Of a stretch of 64,000 nucleotides of DNA, positions 13,140 through 26,162 are shown in pieces. Positions within the stretch are counted from its first letter, which is position 1; each line of letters opens with the position of its first letter. A program made the translations under genes and the position numbers. The notes below the pieces were generated by a model. That model saw nothing but the letters and a program-made list of their open reading frames with translations, made no database searches and had not been told where the DNA came from. Source of the stretch: Geosiphon pyriformis uo1 (Eukaryota > Fungi > Glomeromycota); the NCBI GenBank assembly GCA_016748015.1, contig JAAOMT010000483.1, positions 214,739 through 278,738 of the forward strand, in the 5' to 3' direction.

Positions 13140-14666
13140 TTTTCTAATTTTTTAAGAATATTATCTGGAATTCTTCTATACAATTTATACTTTTTTATAG
13201 CATATTTTATTAATTTTTCACTAAGATCTTTTTTATAAAGATTTATATAACACCAATATTTTCTTGAAAATTGTTTAATAGTTATTAAAGATACTGATTT
13301 AAGACTTTTAAGTACTGTTTTTTGTAATCTTTTCCATAAATAATCGTATTTGTTATATGCATATCTTTTAGCAACTTCTTAATATCTTTTAATAAAATTT
13401 AATTTGCAATGAAATTTTGGAAAAAAATATACTTATGTCTCATACTTTTGATTAATTCTTTAATTGTATTTTTTTAAGTAAGAAAATCAAATTTTAAAGA
13501 TATTACTTAACATACACAACAAAAAACTCTTGAAGAATCTTTGATTTTTTCTTTGCATTTTTGACATTCTAATACTAATTCTTTTGATAGCCATTTTTCT
13601 CATTCTATTAATATTTGTTTAATTTCTTTAAACAATTTTTAAAGTTTTTTATCTGAATATATTTCTAGAAAAATCATCAATTATAATTGATTATCTAATC
13701 CAAAAGAAGTATCTCACATTAATGATTGCTTTCTATTTGGATTTAAATTTATTCTGTTTACAATTAAAGCATCTTTATTAAATACTACATAATTAAAGCT
13801 ATTATTAAAAGCAAATATGATTGTACAATTTGAATATAATTTCTTAAAAATTGGAATTGTTTTATATTTAATTTGTTTAAGAAGATAGTCTGCTGTCTAA
13901 TAACCATCTTGATTTATACCAGGTTGCAAATAACATTGTGTCTTTTCCAGTATATTAGAATAGTTTTCTATATTATTTTGTTATAAACATAAATATCTAT
14001 CAATTTAATTAGAAATTCATTGATCATAATTGATCTTCTATTTTCTTTTTTTCTTAGTGACAAATTTCTATGCTTAGCTCATATGTTATGCTTGCTATTA
14101 TTTAAATAAAAAATGCATTCATTATGGATTACAAGAATTTTTTTTTTCTATTAAGTAAGTTAGAATATATTTGATCTATAAATTTATCTTTATACTTTGA
14201 TATATACTTTTCATGCTCATATATTTTTTTTATTTCTATCATAATATAAGTCTTGATAATGTTGTTGGAATAAATAACCAAGAATTTTGAGCTATCTTAC
14301 TGTAGTTATAAGACTAATAGGTTTTTTTTATTATTCTAATATTAAAAAACAATTTATGTTCAATAAATTTTTTAAATATAGCTGAAGTTTTAGTTTTTAA
14401 TCCAAATATAACATTTTTCTGCAATGTTTTCATCCTCAATTATTCTAATTACTTTTTAGTGTTTTCATGTTTTGATATTAGAAACTTATTATTAAGCAAC
14501 TAATACTTTGCAAGATATCAAATTCTTTATGTTTTCTATATACTACTATTAATAAAAACTTTTTAGACAATTTCCAAACTGACATTAATTTTTCAATGTT
14601 TATTATTATCATTTAACAAGGTAAAATATTCAAAAATAGCTTTTTTTTGTTTATATTCAAAGACAG
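13140..14666 (-). pseudogene. Decayed IS630/Tc1-mariner-like DDE transposase, cut off on its 5' side by element B
   Basis: Minus-strand translation gives HNECIFY (HDE), YLQPGINQDGY*TAD, IFAFNNS (FDNS) and FFPKFHCKLNFIKRY*EVAKRY (PKFHCELNFIERYW), a common fungal DDE family. Confidence 0.8.
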
Positions 14667-15420
14667 TATTACTTATAGAATATAAAAATTATATATTAAT
14701 ACACAAATTAGCTAATTAGAATAAGATACAGTAAAAATAGAATTCCAGGATTTTTTTCAGAGGAATTGCAGAATTGCAGAATTACAGAATTTCAGTATAA
14801 AAAATTCAAGGAATCTTGTATAACAAAATTTATGTATATATAGTAATGATATTAAAAGCAGAAAGAACAGAATTTTTTAGCTAAAATTCTTAATTTAGAA
14901 CCACCAAGTTTCAATATCTTATATCAATAAAAATATTTATTTTAATCATAATCTATTACCTACTATTAACACTTCATGTTAATAGTAATTAATACTTAAA
15001 TACACTAGACCAATAGCTTTTGATCATGGCTATTGATGGGATACTAACTCTTTCTTGTCTTGGCTTATTTTTTTTCTTTTGTTTTGTTATTATTTATTAA
15101 TTAATTAAAAATTAAACACATAGAGTTATTGATGTCAAAGTAACTGATAAAAGACTTAAAAATAAGAGTAGAATACTCAAGGATTAAAGATAGCTTACCA
15201 GGAGAATTACTGGCTATTATGCTGAGAAAAAAATTTAATGGAATTGCAATTCTGAGAAGTAATGAATAAAACAATACTTAAATCTTTGTTCATTATACAA
15301 AGAACTCAACTAAAACTTTCAGATCACAAAATCTTCAGATAATATCAATTATATCAGCTATTAAGCATCAAGTTATGAATTTGTTATTTGATTTGAGACC
15401 CCAAATAATCACCTGTAACA
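14667..15420 (+). repeat. 5' LTR of B
   Basis: TATTAC...TGTAACA followed by ttTGGTGCTTTTTGTGAGG (PBS 15423-15439); matches 54521-54979 except for a shorter U3 array. Confidence 0.9.
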
Positions 15421-15482
15421 TTTGGTGCTTTTTGTGAGGTATAATCCTACAGAAAACTAGCACCAGTAGCAACCATTTAAAA

Positions 15483-16079
15483 GTGGCAGAATCAAAAATA
15501 ATAGGAACAAACTATTTAAGATTTGTCAAATCTTTATTCCAATATTACTGTTAATGCTTGAGATTAACCAGCAATTACTTATTAACAGAATTAGCCTTTA
15601 ATTTTTACATCAATGAAAGAATTTTATTGTATCTAGAAAAATCAGTAAATACTGAATTCACAAAAGAAAATTTCTATAACAAATTAATTCAAAACACCAG
15701 TTTACTAATAATTTATAATTTTGCATTAATCATTATGGAAATCAATAAAAAAATCAAAAATTACACCCAACAAAAATATTCAATCATCTATACAAATAAG
15801 AGTAAAAGAAAACTACAAACTCCAACAGTAATTTTTCAAAGAATACAACCACTTATTTGGAAAAAACCAAGAGTCAAATCACCAATTTATTTATCATACC
15901 ACTATATACTTGGAAGTATCATCAATATTTCATCAGTAGGTGCATTTATATCAAACATAAAAACACCAGTAGCTCGAATCTCATTCCCAAATAAACAATC
16001 AAAAGCTGACCTATTAGGAACATACAGTAAGTATTTTGAAGAATTTAAATCATAATTACCTATGCCATCAGAATTTCGA
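15483..16079 (+). pseudogene. gag: gag N-terminal part of B
   Basis: ORF 15558-16055 is homologous to the gag starts of C, G and I; continues at 36138. Confidence 0.8.
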
Positions 16080-16174
16080 TGTTACACTTAGAAAAAAAAA
16101 ATAAGACATAATAAAAAAAAAGAAAATACATGATTATAAATTAGCTAATTAGAATAGAAAGAGAGAAAAAAAGA

Positions 16175-16290
16175 TTTTTTAGGAAATCTTGAATGTTTTA
16201 AAAAATCCAGGATTATTTAAGAAATCCAAGATATTTCAGAAAAGTTGAGAATATTTCAGGAAATCTTGGATGTTTTAGGAAATCAAAGAT
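16175..16290. repeat. ~20-bp tandem array in U3 of LTR C (also ~35303-35420)
   Basis: ggatgtttcaggaaatc-like units. Confidence 0.7.
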
Positions 16291-17080
16291 TTTACAGAAA
16301 AATCTAGCAAAAAAAAAATTTCTTGTGTAAAAAGAATTATGTATATATAGCAATAGTATTAAAAGCAGAAAAAAGACAGATTTCACTCAGAATAGAAATT
16401 TTTATCCCTATCTCTACTTTATTACTTTAAGAATAATTACTATTAACCAAAGTAAAAAACACCAAATATTAAATAAAACTATACTTGTTATTACATCATA
16501 TATGTTACTATTACTTGATTGAAAATCTGATTCAACTCTCTATTATCAACATAAAATGTTGATAATATCCAATACTTAATTACATTGGAACAATAGCTTT
16601 TGATTATGGCTATTGACGAGATACTAATTGTTTTTGCCTTGACTTAATTTCTTTATTTTTTTTATTTTATTTCTTTTGTTGTTTCCATGTTGTTTACTAA
16701 TTGATTAAGAATTAAGTACTAAGTTACAAACATCATAAAAACTGGTAAAAGACTCATGAAACAAGGGTAAAACACTCATAGAATTAAGAATAGCTTACCA
16801 GAAAGATTACCAGTTACCATGCTAAGAAAAAAATTTGATGAAATTGCAATTCTAGAAGGCTACTAAAAACAACCAGAGAATCTCTGTCTATTATACAAAG
16901 AACTCAACCAAAACCTTCAGATCATCAAAACCTTTAGATATTACCATCATAACAGCTATTGAGCACTAAGTTACAGGTTTGTTATTTGATTCAAAATTCC
17001 ACATAATTATCTGTAATATTTGGTGCTTTTTGTAAAATATAATCTTACAGAAAACCAGCATTAACAACAACTATCTAAAA

Positions 17081-19876
17081 GTGGCAGAACCAGAAAGGAT
17101 AGAAACAAACTATTTAGGATTCACCAAATCCTTATTTCAGTATTATTGTTAACACTTAAGATTAACCAACAATCATCTATCAGCAGAATCTGTCTTCAAC
17201 TTCTATGTTAACAAAAGAATCTCATATTTGCTAGGAATACCAGTAGAAACTGACTCAGCAAGAGAAAATTTTTACAATGAACTAATTCAAAACACCAGTC
17301 TACTAACAAATCATAATTTTACAGCAATCTTTACTGAAATCAATAGAAAAATTAAACATTACACTCAACAAGAATATCCTATTACATATACAACCAAAGA
17401 TAAAAAAAAACTACAGACATTAGCAGTAACATTCCAAAAAATACAACCACCTAGATAAAAACAAGAGTCGAATTACCAACTCATTTATTATACCACTACA
17501 CACCTGGAAGCACTATTAACATTTCATTAGTAGGTGCATTTATATTAAACATGAAAACACTATTAGCATGGATACTATTTCAAAGTAAACAATCAAAAGC
17601 CAACCTATTAAGAATCTACAGCAAATATTTTAAAAAATTTAAATTGTGATTACCAATGCCATCAGAATTTCAATTACTGCCATTTCAACCAGATTTCGGA
17701 ACCACAAGTTCTTGGGAGATAATGGAATTGGAAAAAGAGAAAGACAACAATCAGAAATTTAATTATCAAAATTCAATTGTAGAAAACCCAAAAATTGAAA
17801 CTCCAAATATTCAAACTCAGCAAAATCAGAACAATCCCAATTCTAATACTATTAATCAACACTTATCTCCAGTAATTGTGATTAATCAACCACCTATTGA
17901 ACTAATTGCTAAACCACTACAGCAGCCAATATTATTTCAGCAATAACCACAACAATTACTTCAACAATTACCACAATAACAGCAACAAATTGTAGTACTA
18001 ATAACATATACATTAATTGCAAAATTAAAAAACTTTACTGGTAAAAAAAATGATGCCCAAGCATAAATAAATAACATCACCAAAGCAATTACAGCTAATA
18101 ATTGGAATGATGCTAAAGTCTTTCAAGTGATCCTCTACTTTTTTTAAGATACTGCCAATTTATGATATTAGAGTTTAACCACTAAACCACAAACTTTCCA
18201 GGAATTCAAACTTGAATTCTTGAGATATTTTAGCAACAATAATAGTATTAATTGCCTAGCTAATATCTTTACCACTATTAAGCAAGAAGAAACTAAAGCA
18301 GTCACTACTTACCTAAGATGCTTTTACAAAAATCTGCACCAAATTCAAGTCATCAACATTGACTATTTTATCATAGTTCAAATCTTGAATTAATTAATCT
18401 GTGGATTATGCAGCAGCATCTTACAATATATATGTCTATTACATCCAACTACTCTTTAAGCCACAGTCATCTAGACCAAAAATTTTAAATTTGCTAAATT
18501 CAAAGCTAACCATGCCCAAACTATTAATCTAATAATGAACAGATCATCTAACTTGAACTTAAAATTGAAGCAATTCAGTAAGTCAATTAATCAAAAATTG
18601 GAAGAATATTTAGCTGATAATTGAGCAATTTATTAACTCTTACAGTGATGCAATAATTAAGAAAATACAAATTGTTTCTAAAATCAGTTGCATCTATTAT
18701 TATTGACCAATCAATAGTGGCAGCAAAAAATGTATGTTTGTTACTATTGTGATAAACAAAGATATTTAAGAATCGACTGCCAATTAAAGATAGATAACCA
18801 ATAATCAGAAAATCAAAATCAAAACTCCAATCATAGATTTCAAACCCTGAACTATGCTAACAATCTATTAACTGAACCATATCAATATTAGTTTTATTAC
18901 TCACAAATTATGCAGCCAATTTATCAACCACCCATTTATTAATCAGCAACATTCATAATTTATCAAACCTTACCACCACAAATAATTTATCGAATCTTAT
19001 TAATTCAAATATCATCATTAAATTCAGCTTACCTAACATTTAGAAATCAAAGACTGAGAGTTATCCATATTCAACAAAACTGGAGATCAGCAATTGTTAT
19101 ACATCAACCAATCCCCAGTTCATTAATTCTATAATCAGAATCATAACAGTGGAGTTTGAGAACCAGATATATTCAAAACTAGAATTTTCAGAACTATTTA
19201 AATCTTCTGATTACCCCAAAAGACACCATATCCAACAACCTAGAAGCCAACCAAAAACCATTTACCAGTAATATACCTCCAGCAATCATTACTGAAGATG
19301 AATTACTTGCAGCCATCTTTCTCTTTGAACTTAAGAAATTAACAACACCTCTTTTTAGTGAAGCTGTTCTCAATACCAAACCCATTACTGCAATATACAC
19401 TGATACCAACATCAATAGTTAGTCCATCAAACTGATTTTTGACAGCAGATCAGCAGGCAGTATCATTACATAACAACTCATAAACCAATTAAATCACCAA
19501 GTTAATTAAGCTGACAGTACCAAAATTATTACTGCTGATAGAGCTACCAAAACTTCAATCAGTAAAATTGATGACTTCTCTTTTGAAATCAATGGCATCA
19601 CCATATCCATTAAAGTTCTAATCATAGAAGCCACCCAATACCAAGCTCTTATTGGTAACAATTGGCTGGCTAAAGCTAATATTGTATTCAATTGAACCAT
19701 CCAAGAATTGCAGTTTAGTCAGAACAGCCAGTATACACAAGTACCAGCAATGTGTAATTACTTCAAGACTACTGACATGTCAGCACCACTCATTAAATTT
19801 AACAAAGAAGAAAAAAAACTGACCTGAAAAGCCTATTAAATTTTATGGGCTGATGAAAATTACAACAAATTGCTGC
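17081..19876 (+). pseudogene. gag: gag and protease of C
   Basis: ORFs 17228-17458 and 17656-17946; CYYCDKQRYLRIDC knuckle; LIFDSRSAGSII protease motif at ~19430. Confidence 0.8.
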
Positions 19877-20606
19877 TGTTACTGGAGGTTTTTGGTCTTT
19901 TTTCTTGAATGTTGTAAATGTCTATTGGTTGCAAATTCACGTTTTCTAGAAGTAGTTGAACCTCCAGTACTAAATTTATCTTCAAATTATTTTCTATAAT
20001 TTGAACTGCTGGGCTTATAAGTGGAATGGCCAATTCCATGCCAGTTACTTTGTGTAGTTATGTTGTAGTAAACATCAACTCTTTTCCAAGAATTGCTCAT
20101 CTGGAAGCTCACCAAAATGTGTAGTTACTTTGCTGTAAAAGTCAACTCTTCTACAAAAATCTTGTCTGTAGGCTACTCTAATGATTATAGTAAAAAAATA
20201 AAAGAAAATAAAAGAAATATAAAAGAAATTGAATTCTGTCAAGGGAAACGTTTTCTATCCAGGCCTGGAGTCACTAATAGTTTACTGAAATTGGTAGCTA
20301 ATCAATTTCAAAATGTTAGTTGGATTTTGGGGGTTTTCCAACTGCAATAATTAAAAAATTTGGTTTTTCAAATTATTTGATATTTTTTTTTTTTTGTGTG
20401 TGTAAGAATAATTCTAAGTAATAAATCTAAAGTAAGATACATTTTCTTGAAGAGAAAAGCTCTTTTTTTATACAACTTGTTGTAGTACTAGTTTATGAAC
20501 TTGTACTTTTTCTCTTTGCTCAAATTTTGGCAAACTAAAGATACATTTTGATGGACTACAAGTTATTTCACTGAACTATTGATTAATTTGGGTAAATTAT
20601 TCATAA

Positions 20607-20682
20607 TCTCGGCAAATTTCTATAAATTTCGGTGAATTTCTTATAAATTTCGGTGAATTTCTGTAAATTTCAGCGAATTTTT
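20607..20682. repeat. ~20-bp tandem array in LTR D (also 29558-29632)
   Basis: aaatttcggtgaatttct(a/g)t x~4. Confidence 0.8.
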
Positions 20683-20864
20683 GAATGTTACAAAGTTCAG
20701 AATATTGTGTAATTTGATCATTCTACTTTCTATTATACTAATTAGATTATTTAATTGAATTGTGATATGTGATAATTGATTAAATAATAAATGATAATTT
20801 GAAATAATATTAATATATTAATTAATTATAGGAATTATAAGAGTAATTTCATGTTAATTAATAG

Positions 20865-21521
20865 CTAAAATTTTACTGATAACATAATCTCCTTCTCAAA
20901 ACTGAGCTCCATCGAAGTCCAAGCACTATCTGTGATATTGAGATAGTGATCTAAAATAATTGAAGTAATCTGGTCTGAAAATTGTTGAAATTTCAGTTCT
21001 GTGAGTTTGCCAATGTATTGAACTTTCATTGGTTGTAGTATTGGATTTTGTAGAATATTTTCACAAGTATTAAACAAATTATAGAGTCTAAAAGCTGTTC
21101 TAAGTTTGTAGCGAGTGTTTGTTGGTCCAGCTGCTGTTTTGAATTTATTATGAATTTGTTTTTGTATAGCTTCAGGAGTGAGATTTGTTGTTTCAAGTTC
21201 CAGTTTTCGTTCATAAAGTGTCTTTCTAATGTAAAAGTATTTATAGATAGGGGTGTGTTCATTGTTCTGTTCATTGAAAAGTAGTAGAAGTTTTTGTTGT
21301 ATTGTAGCATTTGGTGGAATGTCAATAGGAGCAATTAAAAGATTTTTTTTTAGTGCTTGCTTCAAAAGTCTTGGTAACCTATTTTCAGAGTGACTTCTTG
21401 TTTTTTTTCTATAGGGGTGATAGTTTTGTAAATGATTTACTACTGGAGCTGTGGTTTCTTTCTGAATGTAATTAATTTGACTTCTATTAATTGTTATGGA
21501 TAAGTCAGGAAGTGTTTTCAA
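20865..21521 (-). CDS. ORF3 of D, 218-aa hypothetical protein in the env position
   Basis: Open frame between integrase and the 3' LTR; homologous remnants in A, B, C, G, H. The true start is probably slightly upstream, beyond an in-frame stop. Confidence 0.65.
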   Translation of the reverse strand: MKTLPDLSITINRSQINYIQKETTAPVVNHLQNYHPYRKKTRSHSENRLPRLLKQALKKNLLIAPIDIPPNATIQQKLLLLFNEQNNEHTPIYKYFYIRKTLYERKLELETTNLTPEAIQKQIHNKFKTAAGPTNTRYKLRTAFRLYNLFNTCENILQNPILQPMKVQYIGKLTELKFQQFSDQITSIILDHYLNITDSAWTSMELSFEKEIMLSVKF

Positions 21522-21829
21522 GGCTAATATTAACTTTTGGGATATTTGTTGAATATTTCAGGGAATAATTATGATAAAATTGACTAATTATGAAAAGAGA
21601 GAATAAAGAAAATTATTTTTCAATATGGAGTTTTTATTTGTTTTTGGGTTTGGGTGTTTTTTGTAATTATTTACTATTTTTTGTTTTTGTGTTTTTATTA
21701 AAGAATTATTGTAAAATTTAAGTGTTCAAGTTTGGTTGTTGTTCTATTATAATTATTGGTTCTAAATTTCGGGGAATATCTTCAGGATTAATTAAAAAGG
21801 AATGTGTACCAATTTGTGGAATTAATGGT

Positions 21830-23100
21830 TCAGGATTGTTTCTCGAATGATAGTGTTTCAATTTGTCTCCATGTGCAACTTTTGCTAGTATTTTATCATC
21901 AAGTCTTAACTTGTATGATCTATTGCCTAAAATTTCGTGAATATAAAATGGTTCATCCCATTTGTTTTCAAATTTTCCACTCTATTGTTTTTTAGTCTTA
22001 GTTCTGTGTAAAAGAACTTTATTTCTAACTTTAAATTCATTAATAATGGGTGGTAATTTGTTGTCATGTCTTTCTTTTTGTTGAGCTTGAAAATGTTCAA
22101 TGTGAGTTGCTGCTATCTTTCTTTTTCCTTCTAGTGTACTGAAAAGAGTGTAGGCCTTTCTTTAAAGTGTTTCTTGAAAGTTTTCTTCATTGATTGGTTG
22201 CACTGGGTATGTTTCTACTGTGAAATTATTTGGTAATATTGCTGTCTTTCCATAAGTAAGGTCAAATGGTATGTGTTTTGTAGTATCTTGTTTTAGTGTT
22301 CTGTATACTAGTAACACTAATAGAATAAAGATATCCTATTTCTGCTCAAAATCTGTTGAGACTTTGGCCAATGATTCACACAATGTTCTGTTGAAACATT
22401 TTACAAGTCCATTTGTTTGAGGGTGATAAGGTGATGATAGAGGTCTTTTGATATTGAATTATTCACAAATTTCTTGTATCAAGTTGTTCACAAAATGTGT
22501 TCCTTGATCAGATAAAAGTTCAATTGGACATTCATGTCTACAAATAATGTCTTCATAGATGAAATTTGCTACTGATTTTGCATCTGCTTTTTGGATGGCT
22601 CTAGCTTCAGGCCATTTAATAAGATAATCTACTACTACTGCAATATAGCAATTTCCTTGGATTGTGATAGGTAATGGTCCGACTAAATCAATTCTAACTC
22701 TGTCAAATAGTTGTCCAACTTTGATTGGATTTAAAGGTTCTGTGAGGCGAGTTCCTCCTCTTTTTTGATAACTATCACAAGATTCTACATATTGTCGAAT
22801 GTCTTTTTGCATGTAAGGCCAAAAATAATATTCAAAAGTTTTTTGAATTGTTCCATCTCTTCCCAAGTATGCTGAAGACAGATCTGTGTATATGTTATAT
22901 AAAATTGTTTCTTTTTCATTTTCCTGTACTAATCTAAGTGGTTGGTTTGGGTTTTTACAATTTTTGTAATAAATTTTGTTGTGGTATATAAAATATTGTT
23001 TGGATTGGTATTGTAATCGATGTTTTTCACTTGAGGACCAATTTTCTGGCATGGTGAGAGTTTTCAAATAGTTTTTAATGTTGTTGTAGTTTTTTGGATC
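21830..23100 (-). pseudogene. pol: Integrase of D (no chromodomain seen)
   Basis: ORF 22459-23067 with IDLVGP and LLSDQGTHF; then NGLVKCFN and WDEPFY (GPF/Y) motifs. Confidence 0.92.
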
Positions 23101-23169
23101 TATTGTTGTTGATTTTATTGTTTGTTCTACTGTTAAGTTTGTTGGTGTTAATGTTGGTATTAATATTGT

Positions 23170-24440
23170 CTCATCCTTAAGAGGCTGTTAACATTAATGT
23201 GTATTTTTTCTGGTTTGTGATGTACAATATATTTGTAGTCTGCTAAGAAGTCATTCTATTGAGATTGTTTGGCACTTTGTTCAGTTTTTTTTTTATTGAG
23301 CCATTTGAAACCAATATTGTCAATTATGATATCAAATTCTTTTCCATTCTTCAGATATTGTTAAAAATGTTTAAGAGCCCAGATAACTGTAGCAGTTTCT
23401 AATTCAGTTGAGCCATATTTTAGTTCTGTTGGTTTGAGTGTTCTACTAGTATAGATAATGACTTGTTTTTGCCTATTTTCATCCAATTGTGATAAGATGG
23501 CACCAAATGCTATGTGTAAAGCATTAGTGGCTAATTGGAACTGTTTGTTGAAGTATGGATAAGCAAGAACTGGAGCTGTTGTCAATTTTGTTTTGAGAGT
23601 TTCAAAAGCTTTTTGTTGTTCTTTAGTCTATTTGTATGGCACATTTTTGTTGGTAAGATAATTAAGTGATTTGGCAATTTCTGAGAATCCTTTTATGAAT
23701 TTTCAATAATAAGAGACTAATTCTACAAATCTTCATAGTTCTGTAGTATTTCTGAAAGTTTGAAAGTTTTTGACAGCACTGATTGTTCCAGGATTTGATT
23801 TGACTTCATCTTTATTAACTATGTGTCCAAAAAAGATCAAGCTTGTTTTTCCAAAGTGACATTTTTCAATGTTTAACTTTAATTCTGCTTTTTGTAATCA
23901 TTGAAAAACTTCTCGCAGGTAAATGAGGTGGGCTTCAAAGCTTGGTGAGTATATATTAGTGTTATCAAGATAGACAACTACTAATTGCCATAAGAGCCCT
24001 TTATATACAACATCTATGAGTCGCTGAAATGTTGCTGGTGCATTGCAGAATTTAAAAGGCATAACATTGAACTCATAGTTTCCTTCTTGGGTGGTAAATG
24101 CTGTTTTGGGTTGGTTTTTTGTGTCCATTTTGACTTGCCAGTATCTAATTTCTAAGTCCAAAGTTGAGAAGAACTTGGCTTTTTCTAAAGCATCTAACAT
24201 GTTATCAATTCTTGAAAGAGAGTAAGCATCTCCAATTGTTACACTGTTTAATTGGCAATAATTAACACAAAATCTGATTTTTCCATTTTTTTTTTGACAA
24301 GGACTACTGGTGAAACCCAAAGACTTCTTGATGGTTGAATTAATCTGTTATTAAACATTCTCTGGACTTCTTTTCTGATGAATTGGTAATTGGCAGGTGG
24401 CACTCTGTAAGCTTGTTGACGTTTTGGTGAAGTATCTCCT
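23170..24440 (-). pseudogene. pol: Reverse transcriptase and RNase H of D
   Basis: SPVVLVKK, RFCVNY, KTAF, MPFKFCNAPATFQR, VVYLDN, TAPVL, ELET motifs in ORFs 24248-24592, 23898-24320 and 23361-23585. Confidence 0.92.
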
Positions 24441-24984
24441 GTATGGATTTGATGTTGAATGATATCCGTTTTTTCCAGGTCATTGTTGTCTTTTGCAAAT
24501 ATATCTGCAAATTCAGCTATCAATTGTTTCAATTGTCTTTGTTGTTGAGGTTCTAAGAGATCCATGTTGATATGAGAGAGTTTTTTTTCCAAAAAATGGT
24601 AGTTTTCAGTAGTGAGAATAATATTTGGATTTGGAAGTAGAGTGTGCCTTACAATTTCGATAAAATTAGAGACAATTTGAGGGTTTTCATCTTGAAAAAT
24701 ATTGCTGTGTATGATTCCAATCTCTAATTTGTTTAATAAGACAATAAGGTAATTATTGGGATTGTAGAATATAACTCAAAATTTTTTCATTTCTTTGGAA
24801 ATATAAACATTTGGAATTGAGATTTCATGCTTCAAACAGATTTGTTCATTGGATTCAAAGAATTGTTGAGTAGTAGTGGGTTTTGAGCAAGTGTAAATTT
24901 TGTGATGTTTTTCAAAAGGTGAAATGGTAATTGGTTGGGGAAGTTGAAGAATCTGGTGAAATTCATTTTGTATTTTAAGGGCTA

Positions 24985-25430
24985 TGTTTACTGGAACTGT
25001 AAATCGTCCAATTGAACCAAAATTTTAAGTTCCTCTTTCACTTTTTTCCAATTGTTCTCTGTTGTTAACTGATTGTAGACTCGAAATATTGATTAAGGGT
25101 AGGTAAATTGCTTGAGCAATTTTTTTAGCATGTTTAATTTTGAATGGTTTGTCTGTTTCATTCTGCAACATGATGGTAATGTCTCCACTGTATTCTGCAT
25201 CTATAACTCCTCCTCTAATATTGATTTCTTTGCTTGCCAATAATAATCTGGAGGCAATTTGAACCATTACTCCAGGTGGAATTTTAAGAGCGATTTTGAG
25301 ATTGATTTTTGTTAAAGACTTTGGTTGGAGAACCAAAGTATCTTTTCCTGGGTATCTTAGGTTATATCCGGCATCAATTTCGTGTGCTTTTTCTGGTCTG
25401 ATTCCTTGGCCATGGTTGTCAAAATATTTA
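24985..25430 (-). pseudogene. dut: Trimeric-type dUTPase domain of D
   Basis: All five motifs recognisable: DAGYNL, IASRLL (RSS), GGVIDAEYSG, KIAQAI, RGT*NFGS (ORF 25025-25621). Confidence 0.9.
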
Positions 25431-25556
25431 AGTTGTAGAGGTGGTTGCTTTTCAAGGAGATAGATGGGGGTGGTTGGTAGTTTTTCTACTAGTTTGAATA
25501 CTCCAAATTCGATTTCATTTTCATCATTCTCCTTTGGCAGAAGAATGCTAAGAGCA

Positions 25557-26162
25557 TAGCATTCTGGACACCATTTGTCATCACAAGGCATGATGTATTC
25601 TTTGCACAATTGAATGTTCATTTGCTCTAATCATTGAATTTGAGCTTCTTGAGTCGGGTATATGTGGCTTGCAATTTGGTGGTAGGTTTCTACTTTATCT
25701 TCATAATCAAATTCAGCTAATTTCATGGTATACTCAATGTATTCAGCTTCTTTTATTTGGCAGACATTTTCTTGGGTGGCTTCATTGATCAATGCCATTG
25801 CTAGGTCAAAAATCATTTTAGCATCATGAAGGTAGTGGTAAAATTTATTGAGAGCACTGTTGTATGCTGCATCAAATGGTGTTCCTCTTCTGACTTTTTC
25901 CGAAATTGATAGAGCATATTGACAGGTTTGATCACATACTCCTCTTCTCATTACAACATCAATCTAGTTGCATTCTTCTGGTAACATATCTCCACATGTA
26001 AGGCAAAGTGTGTTGTCCCATTTTTCACTTCTTTTTGGAGATCCAAATCGTTCTCTATGACATGTTTTACAAAAGTAATAGATACAAGTTTCATATTCCT
26101 CTTCTGGAGAAATACATGCTTCCATTGATAAAAGTTTCTTGTTGCAATCTTTGCATTTGAGT
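25557..26162 (-). pseudogene. Cys-rich putative Zn-binding domain of unknown function in pol of D
   Basis: CKDC, CKTC, CLTC, CDQTC and CKEYIMPCDDKWCPEC between protease and dUTPase. Confidence 0.7.

Noticed and set aside
20093-20350. Duplicated 85/92-aa ORF (also 29023-29301)
   Set aside because: Antisense ORF within the two LTR copies of D; LTR identity explains the duplication and no motif is recognisable.
20865-20900. ORF3 of D running through the PPT into the LTR (nef-like)
   Set aside because: All other copies stop just before the PPT; this may be a copy-specific frameshift and is not supported as a family trait.
21830-22000. Chromodomain or env after integrase
   Set aside because: Only a ~40-aa tail follows the GPF/Y region; no chromodomain motif, signal peptide or transmembrane segment seen.
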